Assembly: GCF_006345805.1 (NCBI RefSeq)
Contig: NW_021835974.1
Coordinates: 6,000-69,999 of the forward strand
Source: Octopus sinensis
Lineage: Eukaryota
Length of the DNA: 64,000 nucleotides
Direction of reading: 5' to 3'
Made by a program: the position numbers and the translations under genes. The notes under the pieces are model-generated. The model was not told the origin of the DNA, searched no databases, and saw only the letters and a program-made list of their open reading frames with translations. This document shows positions 25,045-39,607 of this stretch, piece by piece; within the stretch, counting starts at the first letter, position 1; each line of letters opens with the position of its first letter.

Positions 25045-26014
25045 CGCACACACACATGTACATATATATATAATAATATAATATATATATACATATTCAT
25101 ACATGCGTATATATGTACGAACTTACACATAGACAGACATATATGTGTGTGTGTGCGTGTATGCTTGTATGTATGTATGTATATATCTTTACACACACAC
25201 ATACAAACAAACATACGCATATTTTTGAGATGGGGGTGTATATTTCCCTAGAGTGTTCATTTTGTTTTGAAACGTAGTGTATTTTGTTTCCAGAAGTAGG
25301 GAATCATTATAAGAGGGTTTTGGGATGTTGTTTTCATATAGTTTGTGATTTTGTTTTTGGTTTTTCCTTACATTTTCTTAATTTCATTTTTCACTTGTAA
25401 TAAATAACTGTTAACAGACTGTCTATATTCATTTCTCATACGTTTACACGACAAGATGTGTCTATTTTCTCGCATTGAAAACATGTTTAAATATGTTTTC
25501 TCCCATATTTATTCTATTGCTCATCACCTCGTCATCTCTCTCTCTCTCTCTTCCCTTCCTCTCATCCTTCTCCTCCTCCTACTCATATTCTGCTCCCTCT
25601 ATTTCCACATCCCCTGCTTCAACTTATTCTTTCATCACCGCCAACTACCTCCCTACTACCACACGTTAACCTGCTCCGTGTTTTAAAACGTGTGATCCCC
25701 TTTATTGGTTTATAATTCTCCTGCACCACACGTGGGGTAGGTAACTAACTCCATGTTGTTTTACTGGTTCTATTTCGGTAGAATTTCGCAACACAGATGC
25801 GCCGTCTTTCAGATATAGTATCCTTCCTCATTATTACATGTAAGTCAATGAGGAATGATCTCAAGATAGTTTGGCTGTTATATCTAGCTGCCGGGCAACC
25901 GCATATTGATGACTTCTTCATTGCTTATAGTTACTTGTTGTTTATATTTTTCTTTAAGGTTTGGCATTAGCACAAACTATGTATGTATGTATGTATGTAT
26001 GTATGTATGTATGT

Positions 26015-26993
26015 CATTGTTCAGTTTTATTTCAAGATTTCCTGGCCCTTTCAAGGCCTTTCAAGGCCCTTTCATTGGAATCAATAACAGGGTATTTTTG
26101 TTTGTTTGTATGTATGTATGTATGTATGTATGTATGTATGTATGTATGTACATGAGCAGATTTGTAAATTTTGTTTTATGTATGTATTCTCATGCATATA
26201 CTTACATATCTAGACATGCTCATATATATTTAAATGATAAACGTCTGGAAAGTTTTACAGATTTTTACAGTTCCAGTGATGGATTGGATCTGTAGTCTTC
26301 GAATTAGCTTTCTCCTTTTTGGTTTTGAGAAGCCGAATTTCTCAAGATTGGTATTTAGGCAGTGTGTTACATATCCCAGTGCCCCAATAATTACAAGTAC
26401 AAACCTGAACTTGTAACCTACATAGAGTAACTGCAGATTTCTCAATAGATCAGCTTAGACATTCTCTTTTACTCTGATCTCCAGCTTTACTTTAACATCC
26501 GTTGGGCAGCTAATTTCCACAACTGTACACAATTTCTCTTCTCCATCCCAAATCATTATATCAGGTCTGTTGTGCTTACATAATATTGAGGTCCTCACTG
26601 GAACATTCCACTAGTACTCCTTTTTATTATGAGTGGCTATGGCTTCTACCATACTGTAGGTTCTTATTTCTTTCTCCTCGGGGTTATCCTTCCGACGGAT
26701 TTCATTATAGAGTGTCCTAGCTACAGCCTCATGTCTCATCGGTGGATAATACCGTGATGACATTTTCGGACAACTGCTTATGATGTGTGTGATATCGTCA
26801 GTGTGAACTCTACAAAGTCTGAATAGGTGGTCACATTTTATTGCCTTTCCTGCATCTCTGTCCCTTTTGTGCATCGGGTATTTGATTGATATTTCCTGTT
26901 CCTGGATTGCAAACGCATACCCTTCAAAGTGGGAGGTAGTAATCCTGCTATTGATCTATGATACACTGCTCTGATCATCGATATTACTATCAT
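26015..26993 (-). mobile_element. R4/Dong-like non-LTR retrotransposon, 5'-truncated pseudogene (zinc knuckle + restriction-like endonuclease)
   Basis: Minus strand gives EGYAFAIQEQEI...RLCRVHTDDITHIISSCPKM...MRHEAVARTLY...KHNRPDIMIWD..KLCTVVEISCP...VIIGALGYV, i.e. a CCHC-like knuckle, RH motif and PD..E RLE motif, with in-frame stops. Flanked by (TATG)n at both ends. Confidence 0.85.
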
Positions 26994-27044
26994 TATGTAT
27001 GTATGTATGTATGTACGTACGTACGTACGTATGTATGTATGTAT

Positions 27045-27597
27045 GTAAACTTCTAGAAAGTTTTACAGATGTTTGCAGTTCTTGTGATGGATTAGATCTG
27101 TAGTCTTCATGTGTGTGTATGTATGTATGTATGTATGTATGTATGTATGTATGTATGTATGTATGTATGTGTGTATGTATGTTTGTGTGTATGTATGTAT
27201 GTTTTTCTTTGAGTTTTTTTAAAGTTCTTCTCAAGAGTGTTTGTAAATATGTGGGGGAGTGGGTGTGCTGGTTGAGCTATCGATGCACGCCCCTAAATAT
27301 GTGCAGCCATTCACCAAAAGAATCTCAGTTGGACAATCTTTGAGATATCTTACAGATCTTCACTGTGCCATTAATAGATAAGATTTGGAGAAACACGTCA
27401 GTTTTTGCTTTTTTGGTCTTTCATCGAAAAACCTAATATTTCTAGTCTTTTGTGCAAATTTGTCGGTATATAGCCTAACGTACTTGTGCTTATAAGTGCA
27501 AATGAGAATTTATAGTCGGAGGACAAGAGCTGTAAGTTCCACATTAATTTGCTATAAATGTTCTCTTTTTCCTGGACCTTTGATTGTATATTCAGAA
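27045..27597 (-). mobile_element. Two more R4/Dong-like 3' fragments (27045-27110 and 27330-27597)
   Basis: The first resembles 26243-26300. The second translates as KVQEKENIYSKLMWNLQLLSSDYKFSF...TLGYIP, a paralogue of the 26230-26480 peptide. Both abut (TATG)n. Confidence 0.75.
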
Positions 27598-27603
27598 TGC
27601 ATG

Positions 27604-27634
<31 letters not shown>

Positions 27635-27707
27635 GTATGTATGTATGTATGTATGTATGTATGTATGTATGTATGTATGTATGTATGTATGTATGTATGT
27701 ATGCATG

Positions 27708-27739
<32 letters not shown>

Positions 27740-27743
27740 CATG

Positions 27744-27777
<34 letters not shown>

Positions 27778-28494
27778 TGTGTATGTATGTATGTATGTTA
27801 GAACGTATGTGTGTATGTATATATATATATATATGTATCTGTGTGTGTATGTATGTATTATGTATGTATGCATGTCTATGTATATCTATGTATGTATGTC
27901 TATGTATATGTATGTATGTATGTATGTATGTATATTATGTATGTATGTATGTATGTATGTATGTATGTATGTATGTATGTATGTATGTATGTATGTAGGC
28001 AATCGGATTGATTTTGCTGGTAAATCAAACATACAGCCTTATCACCCACTCTTTCAAGCTCCGATTATGTCTGATAATTATGTTAAGAGTAAAAGTGTCT
28101 ATGGAGTACTCAGCCACTTTCACGCTTATTCACTGAACAGCAGATAATTCACTTGATCTAATGACTGAATGCTCATCATCGAAACTGACGGAGCACCATC
28201 CGTGTACATAGGAAAGGACAGAGAAAGACAGACAGAAAGACAGACGGACGGATGGATGCATGGATGGATGCATGCATGGATGGATGGATAGATGGATGGA
28301 TGGATGGATGGATGGATGGACATAGGGGCAGGCAGACAAAGAGACAGAAAAATCACATAATAGACAGGCAAGCAGAAAAATAGATCAACAGTGATTAGAG
28401 ATAGAGATATACAGAGAGGGGGGGGTTAAATATATAATAAACAGACAGATGGGCAGACAGATAAACACAACCAGACAGACAAGCAGACAGACAC

Positions 28495-28567
<73 letters not shown>

Positions 28568-28980
28568 AATAGAGAGAGAGACAGACAGACAGGCAGACTG
28601 GCAGACACACACACAGGCAGGCAGGCAAGCAGGCAGACAGACAGACAGACAGACAGATAGATAGATAGATAAGTTTCTTTATTGGCCACGCTGGGCTGCG
28701 CACAGATGGGACAAGTTACAAGGTAGAGCTTTTCTTTTGGGGGATGAAAAAAACAAAAAACAAAAGAAACAAAAAAAAGGGGTGGCGTAGGTTTTCGATC
28801 AAGAGGGATCGTAAAAGGGAAGAAAAGAACAAAAAAAAACCAGATAGATAGCTAGACAGAAAAATCAAACAGATAGACAGACAGATATAGATAGACAGAT
28901 AGACAGGCAGACAGACAGACAGATAGACAGACAGACATACAGGCAGGCAGGCAGACAGACAGACAGACAGAGAGACAGAC

Positions 28981-29055
<75 letters not shown>

Positions 29056-29179
29056 CAGAAAAATCAAACAGATAGACAGACAGATATAGATAGACAGACA
29101 GACAGGCAGACAGACAGACAGACAGGCAGGCAGGCAGACAGGCAGACAGACAGACAGACAGACAGATAGACAGACAGAC

Positions 29180-29254
<75 letters not shown>

Positions 29255-29362
29255 AAAATCAAACAGATAGACAGACAGATATAGATAGACAGACAGACAG
29301 GCAGACAGACAGGCAGGCAGGCAGGCAGACAGACAGACAGACAGACAGACAGATAGACAGAC

Positions 29363-29429
<67 letters not shown>

Positions 29430-29435
29430 CAGACA
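27597..29435. repeat. (TATG)n, (GGAT)n and (GATA)/(GACA)n cluster with a ~197-bp unit triplicated at 28859, 29058 and 29253
   Basis: The anchor GAAAAATCAAACAGATAGACAGACAGATATAG recurs three times. Confidence 0.93.
28672..28830 (-). mobile_element. Probable LINE (Tx1/L1-like) 3' UTR end inserted in (GATA)n
   Basis: Minus strand ends CCTTGTAACTTGTCCCATCTGTGCGCAGCCCAGCGTGGCCAATAAAGAAA, similar to the 3' end of the LINE at 51900-51955 and to the SINE A tail. Confidence 0.55.
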
Positions 29436-32400
29436 ATGTTATTTGACTGTCTTCAGTGATAAGTAACGATAAGAAAAATTAGTCAGTTTCTAACTGACAT
29501 TGAAAGATTTGACAGACAACAAAGAATTCCAGACTGAAACCCGTTAAAGTCGAACATGAAGACGTTAATGTTGTTTGCCTGAGCTGTCAAAATATTTCTA
29601 TTTAATGAAAATAAAAGATACAGATCGACGAAGGATTGGAGTGACGTGACAGAGAAATGAACGACAACCACAACAAACAAGAAGCGGAGGCGTCAGGGGT
29701 TCGTATCGTTGCATTGCCAAAGTATTTGAAAAACGATTCAAGGAGAGTACTTGTACTTTTATTTGCTGTGGCATTCACCCTGAGTGAGTTGAGCCGACTC
29801 CGACTACAGGGCTCAGAGTTTCTGTGAGAATACAAGCTCACTTGCGGCCCCTGGTCACATGCATACACATTTCAAAAGATAGGTCCTTCCCGAGTTATAC
29901 AGACTCATAAGGACCTGTTTCCCGTTTTCCATGCCGTATAAATTTCCAACCTGGACAGGATGTCGGTCTCTTGCAGGACTTATCCATTTTTGCCGGCTGA
30001 GTAGACTGGAGCAACACGAATCGGCGACTAAAAATTAATATTTTAATATATATATCCTCGTTTTTATTGCTGGTTCATTCATCACTGGTAACACGGGATA
30101 ATACGGTACGCTTAATTGCGAACCATGTTACGCGTTATCATAGCTTGATTCGTAATAACACGAATCGGCGACCAATCGAAGATTCGACTTGTACCACAAT
30201 AGGTATTTCGTCTGTCCTTACATTCTGAGTTCAAATTCTGCCGAGGTCGACTTTGTCTTGTATCCTTTCGGGGTTGATGAAATAAGTACCAGTTGAATGC
30301 TGGGGTAGATATAATTGACTTAACTACTACTGGGCATGAATATAAAAACTGCATCCCACTGTCAAGCCATGCTGAGCTAGTGTGGCAGAGTAGGCTCATT
30401 AAAACCAGTGTAATCTCAAGCTCAAATTCACGGCCTTCATAGCAGACCGTGGATGGGTGGAGAGACCATGCTGAGGATTTCGTCCTGCAGTGGACTGCAC
30501 ATGGACAATCCAATCCAATCCAGTCTTTTATAGAGTGATACATTTACTACTTAAGTGGAGAATTCATAGCATTTGAACAAAGCTAAACACCGGCTCTTAA
30601 AACATTTCAAGAATCGTTCAAGAATTTATGATTATAATACACTAATTCTGTCAAGTTGTTTAGAATAAGATGTGGGCAGTCAGTAAATCTACTGCGCCTT
30701 GTGGAGCACTCTCTAATCGAGATTATTGGAAAAGAGGCTTGACGAGTTGATAGAATTTATGCTTAATGATCAAAAGGTTAGTTGGGTGGGGGACTGAGTA
30801 GGTCATTGGATGGTTGGTTGGTCGGTCGGTCGGTCGGTCGGTTGTTTGGTTGGCTGGTTGGGTGATTGGTTGGTTGGTTGGTTGGTTGGTTGGTTGGTTG
30901 GTTGGTTGGTTGGTAGTTGCTGTTGTTGAAGCTGTTGTTGTCTAACTCCAGGTCAATCCAAACTGAACTGTTCTACGATCAAGAGTCATTCCAACCGTAA
31001 GAATCCTGTCTTGTTCGTGTGTGGAAAAGGACTTACAGATTATCCAATCTCTCCATGTGATTTAAGGAAAATTTGGCTGTCATTTCTAGCAGTTAGAGCG
31101 ACCACTTTGATGCTTCATCGTTAATTCATCGCAAACTTCTTTTATTCTCGTTGAATCGAATGAAGGGGTTTTTCATTAGTTGACCGAAATTCAATAGAAA
31201 TTGTCGGAGTTGAATGGGGGGGGGGCTTAGTGATATAAGTTTATAGCATCGTTGTAGGATTCCAAATAAGACATCTATGATTCCATGCAATGGTAGACAA
31301 ATTCAGAAATATCATGGAATAACTTTTAATTGCTTCCTTCTCCACAACCATACACAGACGTTGAACTCGCTATATAAGGCTTACAAAATATTTACCATTT
31401 TCATAGAACTTCAACTTATTACCGCCCTTTGGTGAATTTGACAGACAAGAATTCTGTTCCTTGGTTCCAGGCAAAAACTGCCATATCATAAAAAAATGAT
31501 TGAAGATAACTAATTTTTTTTCCTTTAGCTTTTCCTGTTTACAGATATTATTTATTAAAACCATTCCATAATTTTTTGAAATATCTGTTTGAAATATACA
31601 AATATATTTGTTCGTCTTCGTCTTTTAGTTCTGAGAGTACATTGGCCATAAGTCCTGCCAGAAGCCGTCTGATATCAACTTGCCCAATAAATGTCAAAGA
31701 TTACATATGAAAATATTACTTCAAAATTTAGAACTGCTTGAAACCGAGCATGAAATAAATATCAACAAAAATATAAAATACTCAAGACGTATTGGTGGCA
31801 TTAAAAATGAAAGGAAATAACAGACGGTTTCGAACGAAAATATGTTCCCTTTCAGCTAAAGAAATCCTAACTGTTCTACGTGAACTTACTTATCAATATA
31901 ACCAATATCATGATTTATGCAGATAAGTTAAATACGTACATTTTTACCAAACATTCACTTATACTACGTTAGATCAACAGAAATGTTTAAACATCAAAAT
32001 AAAATGTCCTCCTGTCAAAAGAGAACGTACGACCCAACTAAAAAAATGGAGGCAAACAGTGTTATAAATAGCGTTCTAGTAGTAAAGTTAACTTTAAATA
32101 AATACTAAAAGTTAATGTTCTTTCCCACATGAAAGGTATATACGGACATCAGTATAAATATGAAGTATCATAAAAACGTATACTAATAAATTTATAATAT
32201 CAAATTATCCATTTAACAAGTTATTACAGTTGCTTACGGTATGAAAAACGGTTATTTTCAATACTAAAATATCACCTACCGAATAATTTTGTAATAAATT
32301 CAACAATCATATAAATATACATACATATAACATATATATATGTTTGTGGGTGTATGTATATGTATACATACATACACACATACATACATATATACATATA

Positions 32401-32959
32401 TACATACATAAAATAAATAATAAATACAGATGATTATTCTGTTGTGTCTGGGGAGAGTCGTTTTCTTTTTGTGCCTTATTATGTAACACACTCACCGGTA
32501 AAATTTCCACTTCTTTCGCAAGACGCAACGAAAATTTTAGGAAAAAATTGCATGACGGTAGTTCAAGGTTTGAGAGGGAAGGAGTGGAGTTTGAGAGAAT
32601 TAGGAGGGGGCTTAGAAGGGGTGAACCTGTGCAAAGTGAGAGAGCGTTGCTTTTTATGTGTGTGGGTTGTGGGCGTAGGTGTTTGAGTTGTGCAGGCCTG
32701 GTAAGCCTTCAAAATTCTCATAGAAATCGACCCATGATAAACAATGATGTGGCTATTAAAATTCAAAACAAGGCCTTGGTCGGCAGTGGGACTGAACCCG
32801 GAGCCACATGGTTAGGAAGCAAGTTTCTTACTACACAGCCACGCTTGCGCCTACATATATATATAAAAGCTACTTATATATATATATATATATATATATA
32901 CCACACACACAAACACACACACACACACACATATATATATACATATATATATATATAAT

Positions 32960-33010
<51 letters not shown>

Positions 33011-34243
33011 GAGAGGGTGCTGAAAAGTTCCTATCTTACATTCTCTGAAGATCTTACATGGCATTCCCTCATATACCATTACCCAAATTATCGTAAAGAG
33101 TTGGACTTCCTCTTCCGGGCCAGAAAAAATCTTTCAAATCTGATCCTTTTGCTGGTATGCTACAATACTCTACTAAGAGAAGTATACAAGCAGCACTCAG
33201 GTATTTTTTAAGTAGCTTTTATAATACTCGAGAAGCACTCAAATATGGTAGCACTCAGACATTAAGTAGCACCTACATTACTCAAGTAGCTCTCAAGTAT
33301 TCAACTAGTAAGATATTCAAGTTACACTCAGAGAAAGTAGCACTCAAGTAACAGCAACAGTACTCAACAGATAAAGGTGTTCAAGTAATTCTCAGATACG
33401 AGGGTGGCTGAGAACGTCATTGGTTGAATATGACGGAGTGATGCTAGAGCTGTGAAATTTTACATGCATCCAACTCAAGATTAGCAGGTTCGTTCAGTAA
33501 TAGGCTAAAAACGCTGCTTCATAAAAGCATGTCTTTGTTTTTATTTTGCTTTGTTGTTTTTTTTTCTCTCTGACTCTTCAACATGTACAACAACATTCCT
33601 CTGAGCAAACAAACCTTATGTCACCACCGACTAATTTGCATGAAAATCCCAACCCACCCGCTTCTCCTATAATTATGCCTATTGTGTCTCACTCCCCAGA
33701 TTCTGCACTACGCTCCTTACACAAGCGCATTCCTCTCCTGACGAGAGCTATAAACCGCTTGAATTCCCTCCCGGACAACTAATTTTCCTGCGTATTCACA
33801 TCATCTACATCCATCACACCAGTTTGAGACAGACTGTTAAGGACACAGACAATTATTCTTCAGAATAATTAATAAAATGTATATGTTAATGACATGTACG
33901 TAATAGTTAACGGCACTTACTGATTAAAAATATAAAAAGAGTTTCAAAACAACCCAGAAGTAAAATTCAATTATGAAATAGATTCACAAAATATATTTAA
34001 ATTTCAAGATATTAAGGAATTTCTTTTTGTTTTTCTTTTCCTTTCTTCTTTTTTTATATCTTTCAGAAGTTGATAAAATATGCAATAGCAGATCCTTGTA
34101 TCGATATAATCAACTGTTAATTCCCACGAAATTAACTTAGATAAGGATTTTTTTTTTAAATAGTCGAAAATCAATGAGAGAAAAGAGCGAGCGAACGAAT
34201 AACTATGATAGTGTCTCCGATAGATAGACAGAAAGATATGTAA

Positions 34244-34315
<72 letters not shown>

Positions 34316-34316
34316 G

Positions 34317-34361
<45 letters not shown>

Positions 34362-34550
34362 GAAGAAATAAGTACATTGGTGAGTGAATAAACGAAAGAA
34401 AGTAAAACTCAACCCATTTGATGGGGTTTATAGATATATACTAGGAGAATCTGATAAGATGGACGAGTCCTTCGCACCCACGAAACTTTAAGCCATGTGA
34501 AGCTGAGCCAAACTGTAATTAAATACACACGCACGTACACAAACGCCATT

Positions 34551-34622
<72 letters not shown>

Positions 34623-34661
34623 TATATATATATATATATATATATAACCGTAACCCTTGGC

Positions 34662-34749
34662 TTCCTGCTGAAGATGGCAACGCCAATCGTAAATTAAAAT
34701 TATTTTATTCTATTTACAAAGATTGCCGAAACTATGCATAGTCCAGGAA
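34662..34749 (+). ncRNA. Type I hammerhead ribozyme in a ~220-bp element (34646-34868) inserted in (TA)n
   Basis: TTCCTG-CTGAAGA-T-GGCAA...TTGCC-GAA-ACTATGCATAGT-C-CAGGAA: 6-bp stem I, complete core, palindromic stem III and GUC cleavage triplet (cut after 34743). Confidence 0.85.
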
Positions 34750-34869
34750 AGATAGGGTAAACGTTTATTTCTCTTTCCATTTCAGAACTACAACTATTAG
34801 TGGTTTGGAGTTTAACTGCTCTTTCTAGTGAGTCAGATGTCCTATTATGGCCATCTCTTATATGTTTAA

Positions 34870-34904
<35 letters not shown>

Positions 34905-35280
34905 ATATATATAATATATATATATATATATAGATATAGATATTTGACGGGCTGCTTTCAGTTTCTGTCTACCAAATCTCCTCACAAAGCTTTGGTCCGC
35001 CCGAGGCAAAAGTTGAAGACACTTGCCCAAGTTGTCACGCAGTGGGACTGAACCCGGGATCATGTGGTTGCAGGTTCTTACCACAGCCAAGCCTGCGCTT
35101 GTCTGTCTGTGTATATGTATGTATGTATGTATGTATGTACTGTATCCATATATGCATGTGTATATACATATATATGTAGATATGTACATATATGTATGCA
35201 TATATGCATATACTTATATTTTAATTATATTATATATACATATATATACATGCGCAGATAGATAGATAGATAGATAGATT

Positions 35281-35402
<122 letters not shown>

Positions 35403-35808
35403 CAGACGGTGTTCTATTAAGAACAAATAATAAGTAATAATTAAAAATTAATGAATGAAATTATCTGTGTGGATATATAGATGATTGATGTACTTGATCA
35501 AAACTAAAAGCTCGCTGGAATTAAAATCCAATTTCTTGGGTCAAAGCTACACTGAATGCCACAAATGCATCTAGTTTTTATGCAATTTTCATCGTAACAC
35601 TTCTTGGTAAATTATGAAGAGAAGATATCAGAGATAATTTAGAAACTGGTGTATCTGTTATCTGATGATTACTTGGTATAAACGGGTCATGAGTCTCTAA
35701 GTTTCGATGTATTATCATTAGCAGACCATATCATTTAATTTATCAACTTCACACACACACACAAACTCACGCGCAAATCTATCTATCTATATTTATGTGT
35801 GTGTGCGC

Positions 35809-35852
<44 letters not shown>

Positions 35853-35980
35853 TAAAAACACGAGCACAGAGTGTATATTAATTAGTTGAATAATGTATTA
35901 GACGGCCTTTTGGCGACGAGTGAGGGAGAGGGAGAGAGAAAGAAACTGAATATTCTATGCATTAATCGTTCATTATATAC

Positions 35981-36045
<65 letters not shown>

Positions 36046-36472
36046 CATACATACATACATACATACATACATACACATACATATGTATATATATATATAT
36101 ACACACATATATATAAACGTATACATATATACGTACATATATAAATATATATATATACATACACACATGCACACACATATATACGTACAGATTACTATAA
36201 ATATGTATATATGTATTCACATATTTCTGTTTCTATCTGTGTATATTCACATATCCATATTTATACATACGAGTATGAACATTTGTGCGTGCGCATGTGT
36301 CTATTTTAATAAAGACGGTGATTATATGACTTTCATTAGTTCGTATGTGATATACCAAGACTAAAGCTGAGATGAATAATTTTTACATATTCGATCTGAA
36401 TGCTATAGAGAAGAATAAGTGATGTAAGATCCGGTTGATTATGGCTCAAACAGTAGAGTGTGTCCGCATATA

Positions 36473-36504
<32 letters not shown>

Positions 36505-36777
36505 CATACGTATATTCATGCAACTATACATATATACATACAGTGTTTTGTACAGTTCATATATATTCATATGCACATACTTATAACTTATCTAAATTCC
36601 AGTGAGGGATTTTCGTTTTGTTTCTTTCTTAGAAACCAAGTCTATGGGAAATGAAACAATTAAAAACGAGAGATAACACACACATACATAGATAGATACA
36701 TACATACATACAGTATATATATACATATATATACAGACACACATATATACATACATATATATGTGTGTGTATATATA

Positions 36778-38189
36778 CAGAATGCGGTGAATATGTTTTC
36801 GTCTAAATTGTGCAAAAATGTAAATAACACTGACATCTCATTTTAACAGATATATTTACCAAAATTACATAAAAAATATCTTGAAATACTAAAGAGTAAA
36901 TTTATTCAATAAAATTGCCTTTAGCTTCAACCAAGGTTTTCAGACGACTTCCGAATCTCCTGCAACTCTTCTGGATAGTCTCTTTGTTTTAAGTTGGTGA
37001 ATGCTGCCATAATCCTTGCCTCAATAAAATCATCATTGACTTCAACAACAGCCTCCAAACGACTTCGTAATCTCCTGCTGCTCTTCTGGACGGATTTCCT
37101 GTTTAAGTTGGTGAATCCTGGCCTTCAGTTCCCTTTGGTGTTACAAGGAGTTTTGTTGGTCTCTCGCTCAACTGTGCCCCACACATAATAATCAAGGGGG
37201 TTACAGTCTGGGGAGTTAGGTGGCCAGATGTTAGGGCTGATGTGGTTGCAGAAACTATCAGATAGCCATGACTGGGTTCTCCTGCTTGTGTGGCATGGTG
37301 CAGAGTCTTGTTGCCTGTCATAGGATGTTCCAGCAGCTACCCTCTTGACCCACGGCAGCACTACCTCCTCCAGGCTCTTGATGTAGGCTTCCATGTTTAC
37401 TCTGAGGCCCTGAGAGAAGATGAATGGAGGTATAACGTTGCCACCACTAGTGATCACTCCAAGCATCATGAAGTTGACTGGATGTTTGATTTTTTTCAAT
37501 CTCGGTACATGTTTTGGGGACACAGCAAGCCAATGGGTTTGTTCTGTGTGTTTACTATCTCATCTTGGCAGAAATTTCTTGCGTCTAAGAAAAACCAAAG
37601 CATGTTTTGTTATAGGAGATGCTTGAGTTTGTTCAAAAGCTTCGTAGTGCGGGCTTTCCTTTTGTCCTTGATGGCTTGGGATAAAAATTGGCCCTTTCTT
37701 ACCTCTTATGAGGAATACCGAATGTTTTTATACACTACCTGCCTGATAAGAAATTCAGACACTCTCATGTCCATGGCGATGGACCTGGTTGACTTGGAGT
37801 GATCGTAGTCCATCATGGCTTGAATCTCACATATAAATTCAAGGGTTCTTTTCCTATCAGAATGATCAGAGTGAGTTTTCCGAGCCACTGTACCTTCGTA
37901 ATCACTATGAAACTCATACAACTCTTTCTGAATCATCTGCACTCTCCTCAGATTGACACTCAAACACTCTGATATGTTCGTGCTGGAGCTTCCGGCGCGA
38001 ATGCCAAGCAGTACAGCAAACTGCTTCCAAATTTCCGGCAGGGTGACTAGCGTCATGGTGCTGTTTTTCTCACAGACGGTGCCTAACTGACCCTACTATA
38101 CTGTATAGTCGACAAAATTAAAGACAAACAATGCGCATACACGAAATTAAAAATATAAAATGGTGACAATTTAACCATTGCACCCTCTG
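36778..38189 (-). mobile_element. Tc1/mariner superfamily DD37D (maT) transposon, frameshifted transposase pseudogene
   Basis: ORF pieces at 37706-38056 (HTH region, KSTRSIAMDMRVSEFLIRQVV) and 37125-37523 (QQDSAPCH...WPPNSPDCNPLDYYVW, exactly 37 residues between the two Asp). Decayed CAG-initiated TIRs lie in TA-rich flanks. Confidence 0.9.
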
Positions 38190-39240
38190 TGTGTGTATAT
38201 ATATATATGTGTGTGTGTGTGTATGTATGTATGTGTGTGCGTATGTATGTATGTATGTATGTATGTATGTATGTATGTATGTATGTATGTATGTATGTGT
38301 GTATGTATGTATGTATGAATATTTAATAATTGATAGCGAATGCAGAGTGTGCTGTAAGCATTATTTAGCACAACGGCCGTTTCAGATTACATCTGCAATG
38401 CTCTTTATTGGGTGGGAAATGATATAATTGAATCGAATGCAACCCACAGTGCAGAAGAAACTTCATCAGGTAACATGATACTTTACAGTGTTATAAAATG
38501 TACATTTTTTCCACTCTGTGTGGTTCTCAAGGCACACTACTAAGGACATACACAAAACAAGGTTTGGATACTACATTTTAAAGACTCCTGTCTAAAGTTC
38601 AATTTCAAATATAGCCTATATATATATATATATATTATATAAAGATATGTAGAAGGTTGTAAAGAAACACACGAGTTGATATATATGGAAAAAAATAAGT
38701 CAAGATAGAAAATGCTAAAATAATTTTATAAAAAACATTTCAGTACCGGTTTCAGTCATTGAGATTTTTTCAACTGTAAATATGGAAAACAATTAAATTT
38801 TGCAATAATAAATCTCTGAACGAGATGTAAACAGTAACTGCACGACAATGTAAGGTATACTAGCCATCTCAATATGGCTAACCACTAAGGGTGGGTGTTA
38901 CTGTAGTTTGTAGCCCCAGGAGATCATCGTCTCCAGCTGGCTTTAGGCACACTTTCTGTGCTCTTATGGTATTTGCAAAGGGAGGTCATCCCTCTCTCGT
39001 CAATCTAAGTGATATGCACGGACTGCAGTTTCTAGGTATTTGCCTGTCTTCTGCGTACGGAAATCACCGGTTTCGATGAAGGGAGTCCGTTTGCAAATCC
39101 TTAAGAAAAGTTTTCTGAAAAGAATATTTTTATAGTGTTCAAATACAAGTGGCTTTTTCCTTGTTTCTGCCTGTCTCTGTCTCTCATGTTTACTCTTATA
39201 AACAAGAGTTATGCCTGGCCTATAAAAAGAATTAAAAAAT

Positions 39241-39293
39241 GTTTACAGCACCTAGGTTTCCCAAACAGTCACCCATCTAAGTCCTAACTAGGC
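39241..39293 (-). pseudogene. 5S rRNA 3'-half fragment
   Basis: Minus strand GCCTAGTTAGGACTTAGATGGGTGACTGTTTGGGAAACCTAGGTGCTGTAAAC resembles the 3' half of metazoan 5S rRNA (box C region) and is followed by an oligo-T run. Confidence 0.75.
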
Positions 39294-39607
39294 ATTTAAA
39301 TACAAACAAGTGCACTTCCGCTTGGTTGCTTGATATGGTAAAAATAACACCTAAATATTTCTCAGCTCAGATCTTACAACTTTAGAAAAAAAGGGAAGGA
39401 TAAATCCATTTGATTGAGTAGTCAAATATTACAAATAATAAATTAGTTGAGATGGTCATTACTGGAACAGCTTTGGTTATAGTTGTCTTCTTTCAATGCT
39501 TATTTAGATTTTTCTTCGACTGTGCTTTGAAAGTGTGTGTACCTGTGTGAGTTCTAAATAGACCGAGGTCGCCCCCTATTATTTTTCATTCATATCTTGC
39601 AACTACC

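Noticed and set aside
33008-33500. Mariner-like TIR fragments and a degenerate AGTAGCACTCA repeat
   Set aside because: Too short and decayed, with no paired TIR or transposase sequence.
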